Part shown: positions 12,739 to 25,522 of the stretch, one piece after another
Layout: every line of letters begins with the position of its first letter
Position numbering within the stretch: position 1 is the stretch's first letter
Assembly (NCBI GenBank): GCA_030390025.1
Contig: CM059433.1
Span: 28,026,001 to 28,090,000 of the forward strand
Direction of reading: 5' to 3'
Origin: Squalus acanthias
Taxonomy: Eukaryota
Length of the DNA: 64,000 bases
Program-made: the position numbers and the translations under genes
The notes under the pieces: model-generated
Database searches by the model: none
Seen by the model: the letters and a program-made list of their open reading frames with translations, nothing else
Told to the model about the DNA's origin: nothing

Positions 12739-14103
12739 TACACTGGAGAAGTCAGCTGTTCCATTGCTGTTATCTTGAGCAGGATGGTCTCAAGTTGCAT
12801 TTGGTCCATAGTGACGGACAATTTAAATTCTAAGCGTCTGAGTTTCCTGATTAGTAGTGAAAGCTGCGAAGACCAATCTGGCTGTAAGCTGTACCACTGA
12901 CTTCAGGCCATCCAATGGTATTCCCAGGAATTTTCAGTTGGAAGTGATGCTGAGCATACAATCTGTTCACCAACGATTGGTGGGCCATGTTATAATAAGA
13001 TGCACAATGGAGTGACGTCATAATGTACTTTCCGTTATCCGCGCCTGAGCAAGTCTTTTCTTTTTGTGGACAGCATGAACTCTGCTACGCTCCTGATGTC
13101 CAGCTTTGCAATGGGGCGGGAGACAGGAGGGCAGTCTGCAGAAAGCAATCTTAGCTCCAGCAAGTGTCCTTCCCTCCCTCCCGAGGTGCCTGAGCATCTC
13201 TAAATGGCCACAGCAGCACTCCACATACACGTTACCTGACCCAAGGAAACGGGCCAGGGTCGAGGCCACAGGCACCGACCGCCCAGGTGTGGCTACGATT
13301 GCGGCCAACAGAAAAAAAAATCATCCCTCCAGATATCCTGGAAATAGGTGCTCTCCCTGTAACAACACAAGTGGCTTCATTTCTGCAGTGGATGACTTGC
13401 GTTTCCCACATTACAACAGTGACTATGCTCCAAAAGTACTTAATTGGCTGTAAAGCACTTTGAGACATCTGGTGGTTGTGAAAGGCGCTATATAAATGCA
13501 AGTCTTTCGTTTTTTGGGTTGCCAACTCTGGTTGGACATATTCCTGGAGGGTTGATCGCCTTTCGGCAATGTTATTGTGTTTACCTCAGTCGAGCGTCTC
13601 AGTATCACCAAGGGCCGAATATTTCAGTCTTTGTTTTGTAGAATACAAAGATTTCACAAAGATGAATTACAATTTATAAATTAAAGCAAGTCTGGGTAGC
13701 CCATTCCATGGGCTGCGGAGTCACTTTACCAAAAAAAAAAGAGAACCTTTCACTGTTCCAAATCCTTTTGCCCTCACATACCAATGTATTTTTCACCCCC
13801 ACCTTTCCCCGGCAACACTCCCCCTTCCCTCGCACTCCCTAATTTTAGCCTCCACCCACCCACCCTCACGCTCCCTGTATTTTCCATCACTTCTCATGAC
13901 ACAAATGTGCTCGACCACCAGTGCAGTTTGCTGCAAGGAAAACAAGCCAAGAAAAAAAGAGATCCCATATCGACAGGAAAAAGGAACAATCTGGATTCAT
14001 AGTATATGATGAAAGCAAAATCAATATATTGGATATCTACTTAAAAAGGATCAATTTGAAAGGTTATAGGGAATGAGCAGGGGGTGGAAGTGTGACTAAT
14101 TAG

Positions 14104-14470
14104 GTCGACACTCCAGTGCAGTACCGAGGGAGCGCTGCACTATCAGAGGTGCCGTCTTTGGGATGAGACGTTAAACTGAGGCCCCGTCTGCCCTCGCAGG
14201 TGGACATAAAAGATCCCATGGCCACTACTTCGAAGAAGAGCAGGGGAGTTCTCCCCGGTTTCCTGGCCAATATTTATCCCTGAACCAACATCATTAGATT
14301 ATTTGGTCAATTATCACATTGCTGTTTGTGGGAGCTTGCTGTGCGCAAATTGGCTGCCACGTTTCTTACATTACAGCAGTGACTATACTTCAAAAGTACT
14401 TAATTGGCTGTGAAGCGCTTTGGGACGTACTGAGGTCATGAATGGCGCTATATAAATGCAAGATCGATCT
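14104..14470 (+). mobile_element. SacSINE1/DeuSINE-like SINE, headless, inserted in a CR1 tail
   Basis: Core and tail match 21207-21606. CR1 3' sequence lies on both sides (14040-14100, 14480-14550). Confidence 0.8.
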
Positions 14471-14804
14471 TTCTTTCACCAATTGGAGAGCTCTTTCAAA
14501 GAGCCGGCACAGCCACGATGGGCCAATTGGCCTCCTCCTGTGTTCTATGATTCTCTAGGATTAATGAGGGATACATAAATGAAGAATAAATCACTCCAAT
14601 GTCACATCTGTTGCAGTAGATTCTTTCCCCAGTCACTGAGCAGATGTTGGAATAGTTCATTCCCAGTCAAAATGATGTCAGAGGAATGGATTTAAAATTA
14701 ACTCAATAACTCCCTTACAGAGCAATCACACCAGCCGATTAGACATCGGACTAAAAGATGAGAGTAACCGTAACTACCACCCCACAACATCATTCCAATA
14801 TTCT

Positions 14805-15190
14805 AAAGCAAAACACTGCAGATGCTGGAAATCTGAAATAAAAACAGAAAAGGCTGGAAATACTCAGCAGGTCAGGCAGCATCTGTGGAGAGAGAAACAG
14901 AGTTAACGTTTCAGGTCGATGACCTTTCATCAGAACTATAGATTTAACAGTTTCTAAGTAAATACAGAGGCAGGGAAAGGGGGGGGGGGCGGGGGGGGAG
15001 AGGAAAGAACAAAAGGGAAGGTTTGTCATTGGGTGGAAGGCAGGAGAGATTCAATGACAAAAGGGATGATGGTGCAAGGTAATGGGACTGGTAAAGAAAC
15101 AATAGATGGGTTCAGAGGAGGTGTAAATGACAACAGCTGAACCATTACCAGTAACTGCTGTCCGAAAAAATGGAAGCAGTGGTTATGATG
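14805..15190 (-). mobile_element. Penelope-like element 3' end / pseudo-LTR remnant
   Basis: Contains a hammerhead core followed by the tail ...CTGCTGAGTATTTCCAGC...GATTTCCAGCATCTGCAG. Same family as 35520-35817. Confidence 0.7.
14901..14937 (-). ncRNA. Minimal type I hammerhead ribozyme motif
   Basis: 5'-AGUU CUGAUGA A AGGUC-AUC-GACCU GAAA CG UU AACU-3': both core boxes intact, 4-bp stem I, 5-bp stem II, palindromic AACGUU in place of stem III. Confidence 0.75.
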
Positions 15191-16154
15191 GGGAATATTC
15201 TAATCTGTGGTACAACCACTGTTCTCCATGCAAGTGAAATATTACAATTGCATGCTGTCCATGATTGGCACCAAGTAAGGCCACCACCCACCTCAGAGAA
15301 CTGCACTCAATAAGATCCCTCTTGGAGAGGGAAGTTTCGAAAATGTAAACACGACAGAAATAAAAAAGCTTTGGAAAAATACAAATCTATGTTTGGTCTA
15401 CTGCTTCCGTGCTTTGTGATAATTAGTTAGTAATGGTGTTCAGGTTTTTAAATGCGTGTCTAGCAACAGCAAGACAAAGAGCAGGACTCAAGCCACGATC
15501 TCACTCCGTCTTCCACTTTCCCCTGTACAGATCGCACCCCCTGCACACCGCCCCCCACCCCCCCACCCCCAACCAGCTGCCTCTGAAATGGGAAAATCTG
15601 GAAGCCAGTGTCTCTATTAACACCACTGTGTCAGCCAATGAGTTGGAGGTTCGGCAGGACTTACGCCAGGACTCACAGCAGACAGAGTCTATTTTACAGC
15701 ACACTACAGAGTCTATTTAAACAGAGTCTCTCTGAACTACAGCAAACCTGAACTACAGCAGCGTCTCCTGATAAAAGCAAGGTGATTTCTCCAGAAAAAT
15801 GCCGTGAGTGGAGGATCATTACATAATACAAATTGTGTGTAAAATCAATCCCAGTCTCTTACAGTAGTGTGGTCTCCAGGCATGATTGATGGGGGGGGGG
15901 GATTACCCAATCATCTCCATTCTGGCTGGGAATAGTGGTGTCACTAGATGCAGCCCTCTGAATTGGCTTAGCATGCCACTTAGTCCAGGCATTAGGATGG
16001 GCAATAAATGTTGGCCTTGCCAGCAATGCCCACATCGTGACAATGAATTTAAAAAATACCAGTACTGATACTTCGAGTCAACATTATATTCAGTCTCATC
16101 TCATGCTGATTTGGCGGGGGGCGGAGGCAATAGCTATGCTGCATATAATTACTT

Positions 16155-16680
16155 AGAATGTACAGCATAGACACAAGCCATTTGGCCCAACTGGTCCATG
16201 CCGGTACAGTATTTATGCTCCACACGAGCCTTCTCACCCCATCAGCATATCCTTCTACTCCTTTCTCCCTCATGTGTTTATCTAGCTTCCTCTTAAATGC
16301 ATCTGTGCTATTCGCCTCAACCACTCCTTGTGGTAGCGAGTTCCACATTCTCACCACTCTCTGGGTAAAGAAGTTCCTCCTGAATTCCTTATTGGATTTA
16401 TTAGTGACTAGCTTATATTTATGGCCCCTAGTTTTGGACTCCCTTACAAGTGGAAACATCTCTACATCTACCCTATCAAACCCCTTCATAATCTTCAAGA
16501 CCTCTATCAGGTCAGCTCTCAGTCTTCTCTTGTCTAGCCTGTTCAATCTTTCCCAATAGGTGCAACCTCTCAGTTCTGCTATCATCCTTGTAAATCTTTT
16601 CTGCACCTTCTTGGTGCCTCTACATCCTTCCTATAATATGGAGACCTGAACTGTGCACAGTACTCCAAGTGTAGTCTAAC
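16155..16680 (-). mobile_element. CR1 3' fragment
   Basis: QKRFTRMI...RRLRADLIEV...FRRNFFTQRVVRMWNSLP. Confidence 0.9.
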
Positions 16681-17377
16681 CTGCAGATGGGTCAAAAGGC
16701 AAAGGGGAACTGGAGTTAGTAATTCCAGATTGGTTTACATGCCTTCCAGTAAAGCAAGGAGTTTTTACTGTTTTAAATATAGGAGCCCTCCAAACTCGAA
16801 GCAGTGGTAGGTGAGAGGCAGGAAGCTCGAGTTGGAGCTGGCCCAGCAGTACAAGAGGCCCTGGTCAAAGTGGGTCCAAAAATGGCGACAGGAAGAATGG
16901 TGTTGGATCAGAGCACCGGAAATAGCAGGAGACAGTCATCAGTTCCTGTGTTGTTGCTCACAGTTCAACTTGTAAACAATCTCTGACACACTGTTTATAT
17001 CAAAGACCAATTCAGGAATAAAACATTTTTTTTTTTTTAAATTGGAACTTGAGACTTTCCATCAGGCCACAGGGATTATATAAATGAGATTTTTATAACG
17101 CCTTCTGGAAAAGCAAAGATTGTTCAATATTTATGAGTCTGCAGGCTGATAACATGGCTTTTCTTCAATTTCAGCTGTTGTTTTAAAACCTTAATGCTGA
17201 CTCTAGTCCCCAGAGCTTGGCAGCAATCACACTTAAGGGGGTCAATTTCATACACAAATAACTCCCCAACTATGTCACAGGCCCGCATCAACTAAACCCC
17301 TCATTCACTTGCAAATGATCACTGATATAATGTGCTGAGCTCAGACCCCCATCTTACATCACACTTGGACTTGGGGT

Positions 17378-18280
17378 ACAGGGCACAATTTCGAAATTTG
17401 CAGATCACATGAAACTTGGAAGTGTAGTAAACAGTGAGGAAGATAGCAATGGACTTCAAGAAGACATAGACAGGCTGGTGGAATGGGCGGACACATGGCA
17501 GATGAAATTCAATGCAGAAAAGTGTGAAGTGATACATTTTGCTAAGAAGAATGAAGAGACAATACAAGCTAAATGGTACAATTTTAAAGGGGGTGCAAGA
17601 AGAGAGAGACCTGGGAGGTGCTTCTGCACAAATCTTTGAAGGTGGCAGGACAGGTTAAAAAAGCCGTTAATAAAGCATATGGAATCCTAGGCTTTATAAA
17701 TAGAGGCATAGAGTACAAAAGCCTGGAAGTTATGCTAAACCTGCATAAAACACTAGTTTGGCCCCAGCTGGAGTATTGTGTCCAATTCTGGGCACCACAC
17801 TTTAGGAAGGACTTAACAGCTTTGGAGAGGGGACAGAAGAGATTTACTAAAATGGTTCCAGGGATGAGGGATTACAGCTATGTGGATAGACTAGAGAGGC
17901 TGGGGTTGTTCTCCTTGGAGCAGAGAAGGCGAAGAGGAGATTTGATGGAGGTGTTTGAAATCATGAAGGGTTTAGATAGAGTAAATAAAGAGAAACTGTT
18001 TCCAATGGCTGAAGTTCGATAATGAGAGGGCACAGATTTAAGGTGATTGGCAAAAGAACCAGGAGGCGACATGAGGAAAAACTTTTTTATGCAACAAGTG
18101 GTTAGTATTTGGAATGCACTGCCTGATAGGGCGGTGGATACAGATTCAATAGTAGCCTTCAAAGGGGAATTGGAAAATACTGGAAGGAGAAAAAGCTATA
18201 GGGATATGGGGAAAGAGCGGGACTAACTGGATTGCTCTTCGAAAGAGCCAGCACAGACTCGATGGGCCGAATGGTATGAT
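17378..18280 (+). mobile_element. CR1 3' fragment
   Basis: LQEDIDRLVEWADTWQMKFN, LEYCVQFWAPH and RRRRGDL motifs plus CR1 tail. Confidence 0.9.
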
Positions 18281-18289
18281 ATCAAAAGA

Positions 18290-18690
18290 AAGGACTTGCA
18301 TTTATGTAGCGCCTTTCCTGACCTCAGGACGTCCCAAAGTACTTCACAGCCAACAAAGTCACTTTTTTAAAAAAAGGTGACATCACTGTTGTAATGTAGG
18401 AAACGCAACAGCCAATCTGCACACAGTAATGTCCCATAAACAGCAATTAAATAAATGACCAGATAACTTTTTTTTTTAGTGATGCAGGTTGAGGGATAAA
18501 TGTTGACCAGGACATCGGGGAGAACTCCCCTACTCTTCTTCAAAATAGCGCCATGGGATCATTTACATCCACCCGAGGGGGAAGACAGGGCCTCGGTTTA
18601 ACGTCTCATCCGAAAGACGGCACCTCTGACAGTGCAGCAGTCCCTCAGAATTGCACTAGAGTGTCAACCTAGATTATTCTGCTCAAGTTC
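18290..18690 (-). mobile_element. SacSINE1/DeuSINE-like SINE
   Basis: Reverse-complement core and tail. Confidence 0.8.
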
Positions 18691-20838
18691 CCAAGATCAG
18701 GCTTCGTCGTAGAGTCACAACCAGTGCCACCGGCGCCTCTCCCTGCAGTCAAATAGCCCACAAAAGCTGGCCACGTCGGCTCACACAGCAAGAGCGGCTA
18801 CTTCATTAGGTACCAGAGAGCCATCGTTGCTTGCCCCACAATCTGGGGAGAGTAAAAACGGTTTGAAAGAAAATAAATATTTTTGTGTAACAGCAGGTTT
18901 CCAAATCTTTCAACATGTATCTGAAGCAAATCACCATCTTTAAAATCAATTGCTGTGCACACAGGCCATTAAAAAGGGAGCTGGTGCCAATAGGCAGGGA
19001 TGCAAAAATCAATAACTCCCCTCATAGCGCTACTGCAGAAGCTAAATCACACGGAAAATCGACCACCAACAGAAAGATTACGTGAGTCAGTAAAACATTA
19101 TTGATCACCCTCTGCTTGGATGCCTCCACTGTGTCCAGAACAAATGTCTGGCAGGATTTCATGCTGCCTTAAGCATCAGTGTCTGACTGGCATATTCCGG
19201 CCTCACAAGGCAGTATATGAATGATGCAGTCAGTGCCAGACAGCATCAGTGCAAGTCAGGTCACCCCTAAGGGACGCTCAGTTTCTTGCCTGGGACCAGA
19301 AGCACTATTGAAGCGAGCTGTGAAAATCTCGCTTTTTAACCACCCCGTTTGGGTGTGCAGTGAGGCACTGTTACACAGACCAGGCGGGATTGCAGTGCAT
19401 TCCCATTAACTGTTGAAATATTGCTCACCGCTGTTCGACGTTTGCACATTTCTTTTTACAAAGCCGTCAAGAGAATCATTGCGTGCACAGGATTGATATT
19501 CCCTTGCAGGCAGCCATATTGGAAATCATGGAAACATTCAGGGCAGGAGGCCGCCATTCAGCCCATCGTGCCTGTGCTGGCTCTCTGAAAGAGCTCTCCA
19601 ATTAGTCCCACACCTCCTGCTCTTTCTCCATAGCCCTGCAATTTCTTTTCAACTATATATCCAATTACCTTTTCAAAGTTACGATTGAATCTGCTCCCAC
19701 CACCCTTTCCAGCAGTGCGTTCTAGATCATCATAACTCGCTGCATTAAAAAAATTCTCCTCATCTTGTCCCTGGTTCTTTTGCCACTGTGGATTTAATCA
19801 TTCATGAATACAAGTGCAAACCCAAACAAGCAAGCTCCCCCAAAGTCTCCGTTATAAAAGCACCAATGACAAACAAGAGAGAAGGTCCCAGGCTTCACTC
19901 ATGATATACACAGAACTGACTCAGCTCAGCAGGTGGCAGTAGTGAGACTACAACTAGCCCCACACTAAACTCAAGGGATAAGGAGCATTGCAGATATCAA
20001 TGAATATCTAGAATAAACGTGAATTCCAATTTCCTGCAATCCGTAGCTTTCAGTTTTGGTTGAACTTTATAATGTATTTCTCAGTCTTATTTATAACCTT
20101 CAATCCCCTTAGACTCGTGTCCCTCCTCCACGGGCCTCTTTGGCTGACCACTCGTAGGAGCAGGATATTGCCACCCTGTCAGGCCAGGCAACAACCTCTG
20201 ACCAACAGCGCACTGTGGGAACGAGGGGAGGGGCAAATAGATGCAAGGAACCTGCAACCTTCTGCCGAGTGCTGCCATTTCACACATTTTAGCTGTTGAA
20301 CTAAATTTTCTCCAATCAAAGATTCCCTAAAATTTACTGTCCATCGCAGACTCTCAAGGAACCTCAAATGATAATAATGGGACATTCCAGTGAGGTTAAA
20401 ATAAAGCTCCAACAGGTTTATCAGAACAGATTGCAGATACATCAAGTGAGACATTACAGGATGCCAATACAAACAATGACGGGCAGGAATAGACTCTCTG
20501 GCGATGCCTTGTGTATCATAATATATAGACTTTCCACCTCACCCAAAACCGTGTATCGCTTAATTTTGATTTTGTTTTTTTGAACTGCACTGAAGTGTCA
20601 GCCTAGATTTTTGCGCTCAATTCTCTGGAGTGGGACTTAAACCCACGACCTTCTGACTCAGAAGCGAGAGTGCTACCCACTGAGCCACAGTGAAAAATGT
20701 TACTTCAGAAAATGTTAGGATACACAAAGAGCAACTGGAACAGAATTAAGTTGCTTTGAACCTTGGAGCATTTCATTTCGTAGTTTAATGTATTGATATA
20801 GTGAGACACTGCATTATACAATTACTGCCAAGAGCAAG

Positions 20839-20857
20839 AGGCCACCAGAGGGCAGAG
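20839..20857 (+). promoter_or_regulatory. Candidate CTCF site AGGCCACCAGAGGGCAGAG
   Basis: Close match to the CTCF core CCACCAGRGGGCRS in apparently non-repetitive sequence. Motif evidence only. Confidence 0.55.
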
Positions 20858-21206
20858 TGAAGATTACATGCTGAGTTGAGAAGAAAACCAACAACTCCAG
20901 AAATCTAAAACTTTACAGATCGATCAGGATCTGAAAGAGAAAGGGGTCAATGTTGAGAGGGGTGACCCAGGATCAGTTGAAATCACACTCAAAACCTGTG
21001 TCTCATCTTTCCCTTCCGGACGTGGAAATCAATGAATTATCAACATTTTCTGTTTGAAGTAAGCATTACGCACCTTCTCAAAACTCCAGAAAGGTAGATT
21101 GCTGCGATGTTCTGTACACGATTATAGGACTTCTACACAAGAACACCACAAAGCCCACAGCGTTCATTCAGTGGGTGTTGCCACCTATGCAAGGTATGTG
21201 GACTAG

Positions 21207-21606
21207 TCAGCCGTGGCTCAGTAGGTAGCACTCTCGTCTGAGTCAGAAGGTTGTGGATTCGAGTCCCCCTGCAGAGACTTGAGCACAAAATCTCAGCTGA
21301 CTCTCCAGCGCAGTACTGAGGGAGCGCTGCACTGTCGGAGGTGCCGTCTTTCAGGCGAGACCCTATCTGCCCTCTCAGTTAGATGCAAAAGATCCCATGG
21401 CACTATTTTGAGGAAGAGCAGGGGAGTTCTCTATTAATTGGTCATTGTCACATTGTTGTTTGTGGGAGCTTGCTGTGCGCAAATTGGCTGCCTCGTTTCC
21501 TACATTACAACAGTGACTACACTTCAAAAGCACTTCACTGGGTGTAAAGCGCTTTGGGACATCCTGAGGTCATAAAAGGTGCTATATAAATACAAGTTCT
21601 TTCTTT
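21207..21606 (+). mobile_element. SacSINE1/DeuSINE-like tRNA-derived SINE, near full length
   Basis: Head GTCAGCCGTGGCTCAGTAGGTAGCAC...GGATTCGAGTCC, core GCAGTACTGAGGGAGCGCTGCACTGTCGGAGGTGCCGTCTTTC, tail GCTATATAAATACAAGTTCTTTCTT. Confidence 0.85.
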
Positions 21607-22569
21607 TACAAGAAAACATTTCCAACTGAGACACAATTTCCAAAGTTAGATGCCCTGAAGAGCACTCAAAACCTTTGCAAGTATACATTCCACACCTAAA
21701 GAAAGCTTCAAACAAACGTCAAATAGAAAAGACTGCCTTCCCACTCCTTTTACAAACAGTAAAATACAGAGAATAAAATGTCCAATCATTCACATGATCT
21801 CACCATAGATTAAAGAGCTGAATAAGGTACAGTCGGATATATCTGAAAGTCATGGATAAACAACAGGAAAAAAAAAGTCAATACAAATTGATCCCTGTTA
21901 CATGAACTTGAAGTGCTTCTATATTACGCTGGTGCCTCCATGCTCAATATATCTCGGCAATTTTTCCATACGAATTTCCACAAGGACAAGGCTGAAAGTT
22001 CAGGAGCCAGGTGTTACTGGTGGGGGTCTTGCACAATATAAAAGGATGCCTTTAGACTAGTCGTTGTCTCAAATCCTCGCCTATCTGTGTTCCTGCTCGT
22101 CAAGGATCCCTGGGTCTTAATCTCACTTTGCAAATAGTGCAGCCAAGAAAATCCTTCCAAAACACAGACAAAAACTGACTAGGTTCGCTCTCTTGCCAAC
22201 TCGACAACAACTATGCACCTATCTCAATTTTTAAAAATTCATTCTTGAGATGTGGGCATCGCTGGCAAGGCTGGCATTTATTGCCCTCGAGATAATTAGT
22301 GGGCCTTCTTGGACCACTGATGGGCGGTTTGATACAACTGAGGGGCTTGCATGGCCACTTCAGAGGGCAGTTAAGAGTCAACCATGTCAGTGTGGGACTG
22401 GAACCACATATAGGCCAGACTGGGTAAGGACAGCAAGTTTTTCTTCCCTGAAAAGGACATTCGTGAACTGGTTGGGGTTTTACAACAATCTGACAGCTTC
22501 ATGGTCACTTTTACTGACACCAGCCCCTGCTCCTTAATGTTGTAGACCCACTACTAGAGAAACATTTTC

Positions 22570-22957
22570 TAAGTACTTTTTTTTTCCTAAGTGTAGTCAG
22601 TGTTGTAATGTAGGAAACACGACAGCTGATTTGCGCACAGCAAGGTCCCACAAACAGCAATGTGATAATGAGCAGATAATCAATTTTTAGTGATGTTGGT
22701 TGAGGGATAAATATTGGCGGAGAACGCCCCTGCTTTTCTTCAAATAATGCCACTGCTAATCACCCAGTAACTGTTTTCACATCCACCCAAAATGGCCGAT
22801 AGGGCCTCAGTTTAACTCAGTCTCATCTGAAAGACGGCACCTCAGACGGTGCAGCACTGGAGGGTCAACCTAGATTTTGCGTTCAAATCTCGAGTGGGAC
22901 TTGAACCCATGACCTTCTGACTCAGGAGGAGAGAGTGCTACCGACTGAGCCACGGCC
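22570..22957 (-). mobile_element. SacSINE1/DeuSINE-like SINE
   Basis: Reverse-complement core and head. Confidence 0.75.
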
Positions 22958-24109
22958 AACAACTTGCATTTCCAGAGCATTTTTAGAGAGGCGGAGGGGT
23001 TTGGTGAGGGAATTCCAGAAAAATTAGCAAAAAACGTCATAAACCTGAACAGTAATCTTCCTCACTTTCCTACGTAGCAGATGGTGTTGTGTTATGTTGT
23101 CCCTCAGGAGATAAACTGGAAATTAAACTGCACCACTTAATTGTTGCTTCAAAGCACTTTTGTTTCATTGTGAATCTGAAAAGCAGCAGCTGCCACAGAA
23201 GCAGAAAGGGTTGCAGACAGCGAATCAGACAGACCAGGGGCAGCGGCAAACATCAGGTAGAAGCAATGAAGGCAGACGGGGAGGGGGAAAGGGCGAAGGT
23301 CAATTGGCTTTCTCCTCCACGTTCCAGGGTCAAATACCGATCAGGAAAGGCTGAACTAGCTCGGGCTCTTTTTTCTAGAAAAGAGAAGGCCGAGGGGTGA
23401 CTTGATAGAGGTCTTTAAAATTATGAAGGGGTTCGATAGCGTAGACCTAGAACAGATGTTTCCACTTATGGGGGAGTCCAAAATTAGGGGCCATAAATAT
23501 AAAAGATAGTCACTAATAAATCCAATCGGGAATTCAGGAGAAACTTCTTTACCCAGAGAGTGGTGAGAGTGTGGAACTCGCTACCACATGGAGTAGTTGA
23601 GGCGAAAAGCATAGATGCATTTAAGGGGGAGCTAGATAAACACATGAGGAACAAAAGGAATAGGAGGATATACTGATAGGGTTAGAAGAAGAGGGATGAG
23701 AGGAGGCTCATGTGGAGCATAAACATTGGCATAGACCAGTTGGGACGAATGGCCCGTTTCTGTGCTGTACATTTAAATTAATTGTATGTAAATCACCAAG
23801 ATCAATTTCAACCCAAATTCACAGGAGTGTCTCATTACATCTGGGTGCTTTAGATGGGTGTTTGCTTAAAAATGCCAGTAATTGTAAAGTACAAAAAAAA
23901 CTAAATCTTCAGCAACCATAGGTTCAAAAACTAGCTAACATTTCCAGTCCGATATTCCACGGAAAAGGAAATAATTCTTGAGGTGAATCAAATAGGCAAA
24001 GGTGAAAGTTAAAAATAAATGTGGTGTTCAACAGCAACAAATTGTATTTATACACCATCTTTAAAGGTAGAAAAACATCCCAAGGTGCTTCACCAAAATT
24101 GACCTTCCC

Positions 24110-24670
24110 TCTAACATAAAGTCTAAAGTGGGGCTGTTCACTGACTGCACAGTATTCAGCTCCATTCGCAACTCCTCAGATAATGAAGCAGTCCGTGCCC
24201 GCATGCAGCAAGACCTGGACAACATCCAGGCTTGGGCTGATAAGTGTCAAGTGGCACTTGCGCCACACAGTGACCAGCTCCAACCAGAGCGAATCTAACC
24301 ACCTCCCCATAACATTCAATGGCATTACCATCGCCAAATCCCCCACCATCAATGTCCTTGACGTCGTGATTGACCAAAAACTGAAGTGGACCAGCCACAT
24401 AAATGCCATGACTGCTCGAGTAAGTCAGAGACTTGGTATTCTGTGGTGAGTGTCTCACCTTCTGACTCCCCAAAGCCTTTCCACCATCTACAAGGCACAA
24501 GTAAGGAGTGTGATGGAATACTCTCCACTTGCCTGGGTGGGTGCAGCTCCAACAACACAAGAAACTTGACAGCATCCAGGACAAAGCCGTCTACTCCATT
24601 GGCACCCCATCCACTAGTTTAAACATACACTCCCTCCACCACCAGTGCACCGTGGCTGCAGTGTGTACCG
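24110..24670 (+). mobile_element. Same CR1/L2-group family, RT C-terminal fragment
   Basis: ITFNGITIAKSPTINVLDVVIDQKLKWTSHIN...QRLGIL. Confidence 0.8.
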
Positions 24671-24968
24671 TCAATAAATAGAGGAGGCCAGGTGGTTGTA
24701 GGTTGCACCATGTCAGGATTGGACAGGCTGGATACACCAGTGGGTCTTTTGCTATCCTTCTTTCATAAGTTCATATTCCCCAAATACTCCATCAGTTATC
24801 TTCTTTGTTCTGCACACCTCAAATCAGACACTACTAAATTCCTCATCTCCTGGGAATATAGCCCAAGTCTACCCAATCTCTCACGATGGTCAAGTCTGTA
24901 GGAGATGAACAGATATGAAACAAATAGCTGTATCCAAGACATCAAGTGGCAGAAAAAGCCAACAGATT

Positions 24969-25399
24969 GGGGCAACACGGTGGCATAGTGGTTAGCACTG
25001 GTGCCTCACAGCGCCAGAGACCCGGGTTCGAATCTGACCTCGGGTGACTGTCTGTGTGGAGTTTGCACATTCTCCCCGTGTCTGCGTGGGTTTCCTCCGG
25101 GTGCTCCGGTTTCCTCCCACAGTCCAAAAATGTGCGGGTTAGGTTGATTTGGCTATGATAAATTGACCCTTAGTGTTAGGGGGGGATTAAATATGTGGGG
25201 TTATGGGGATAGGATGGGATATGTTAGGGGGAATTAAATATGTGGGGTTACGGGGGTAGGGTGGGATATGTGTACTGTGGGGATCAAAGCAGGGACAGGG
25301 TACTGGATTTGGATGATCAGCCATGATCGTATTGAATGGTGGAGCAGGCTCGATGGGCCGAATGGCCTACTCCTGCTCCTAGATTCTATGTTTCTATGT
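24969..25399 (+). mobile_element. HE1-like V-SINE: tRNA head, V-domain and CR1-derived tail
   Basis: A box TGGCATAGTGG, B box GGTTCGAATC, V-domain GTGTGGAGTTTGCACATTCTCCCCGTGTCTGCGTGGGTTTCCTCCGGGTGCTCCGGTTTCCTCCCACAGTCCAAA, and a CR1 3' end finishing TTCTATGTTTCTATG. Confidence 0.85.
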
Positions 25400-25522
25400 G
25401 ACACTTGGTGGTCCTCCACTTAAGCTATCTATCTAAAACTGCAGAGCTAACAGGAGACTCCCTGCTGGAACACCCAAAACCTTCTGAACCTCAAACAATC
25501 CAGGTCTGACCTGCCTTCCCCC

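Noticed and set aside
21207..21270. tRNA-like A and B boxes here and at 11683, 24969, 34301 and 62025
   Set aside because: These are SINE heads, not tRNA genes. There is no full cloverleaf, and the better-preserved copies continue into SINE body sequence.
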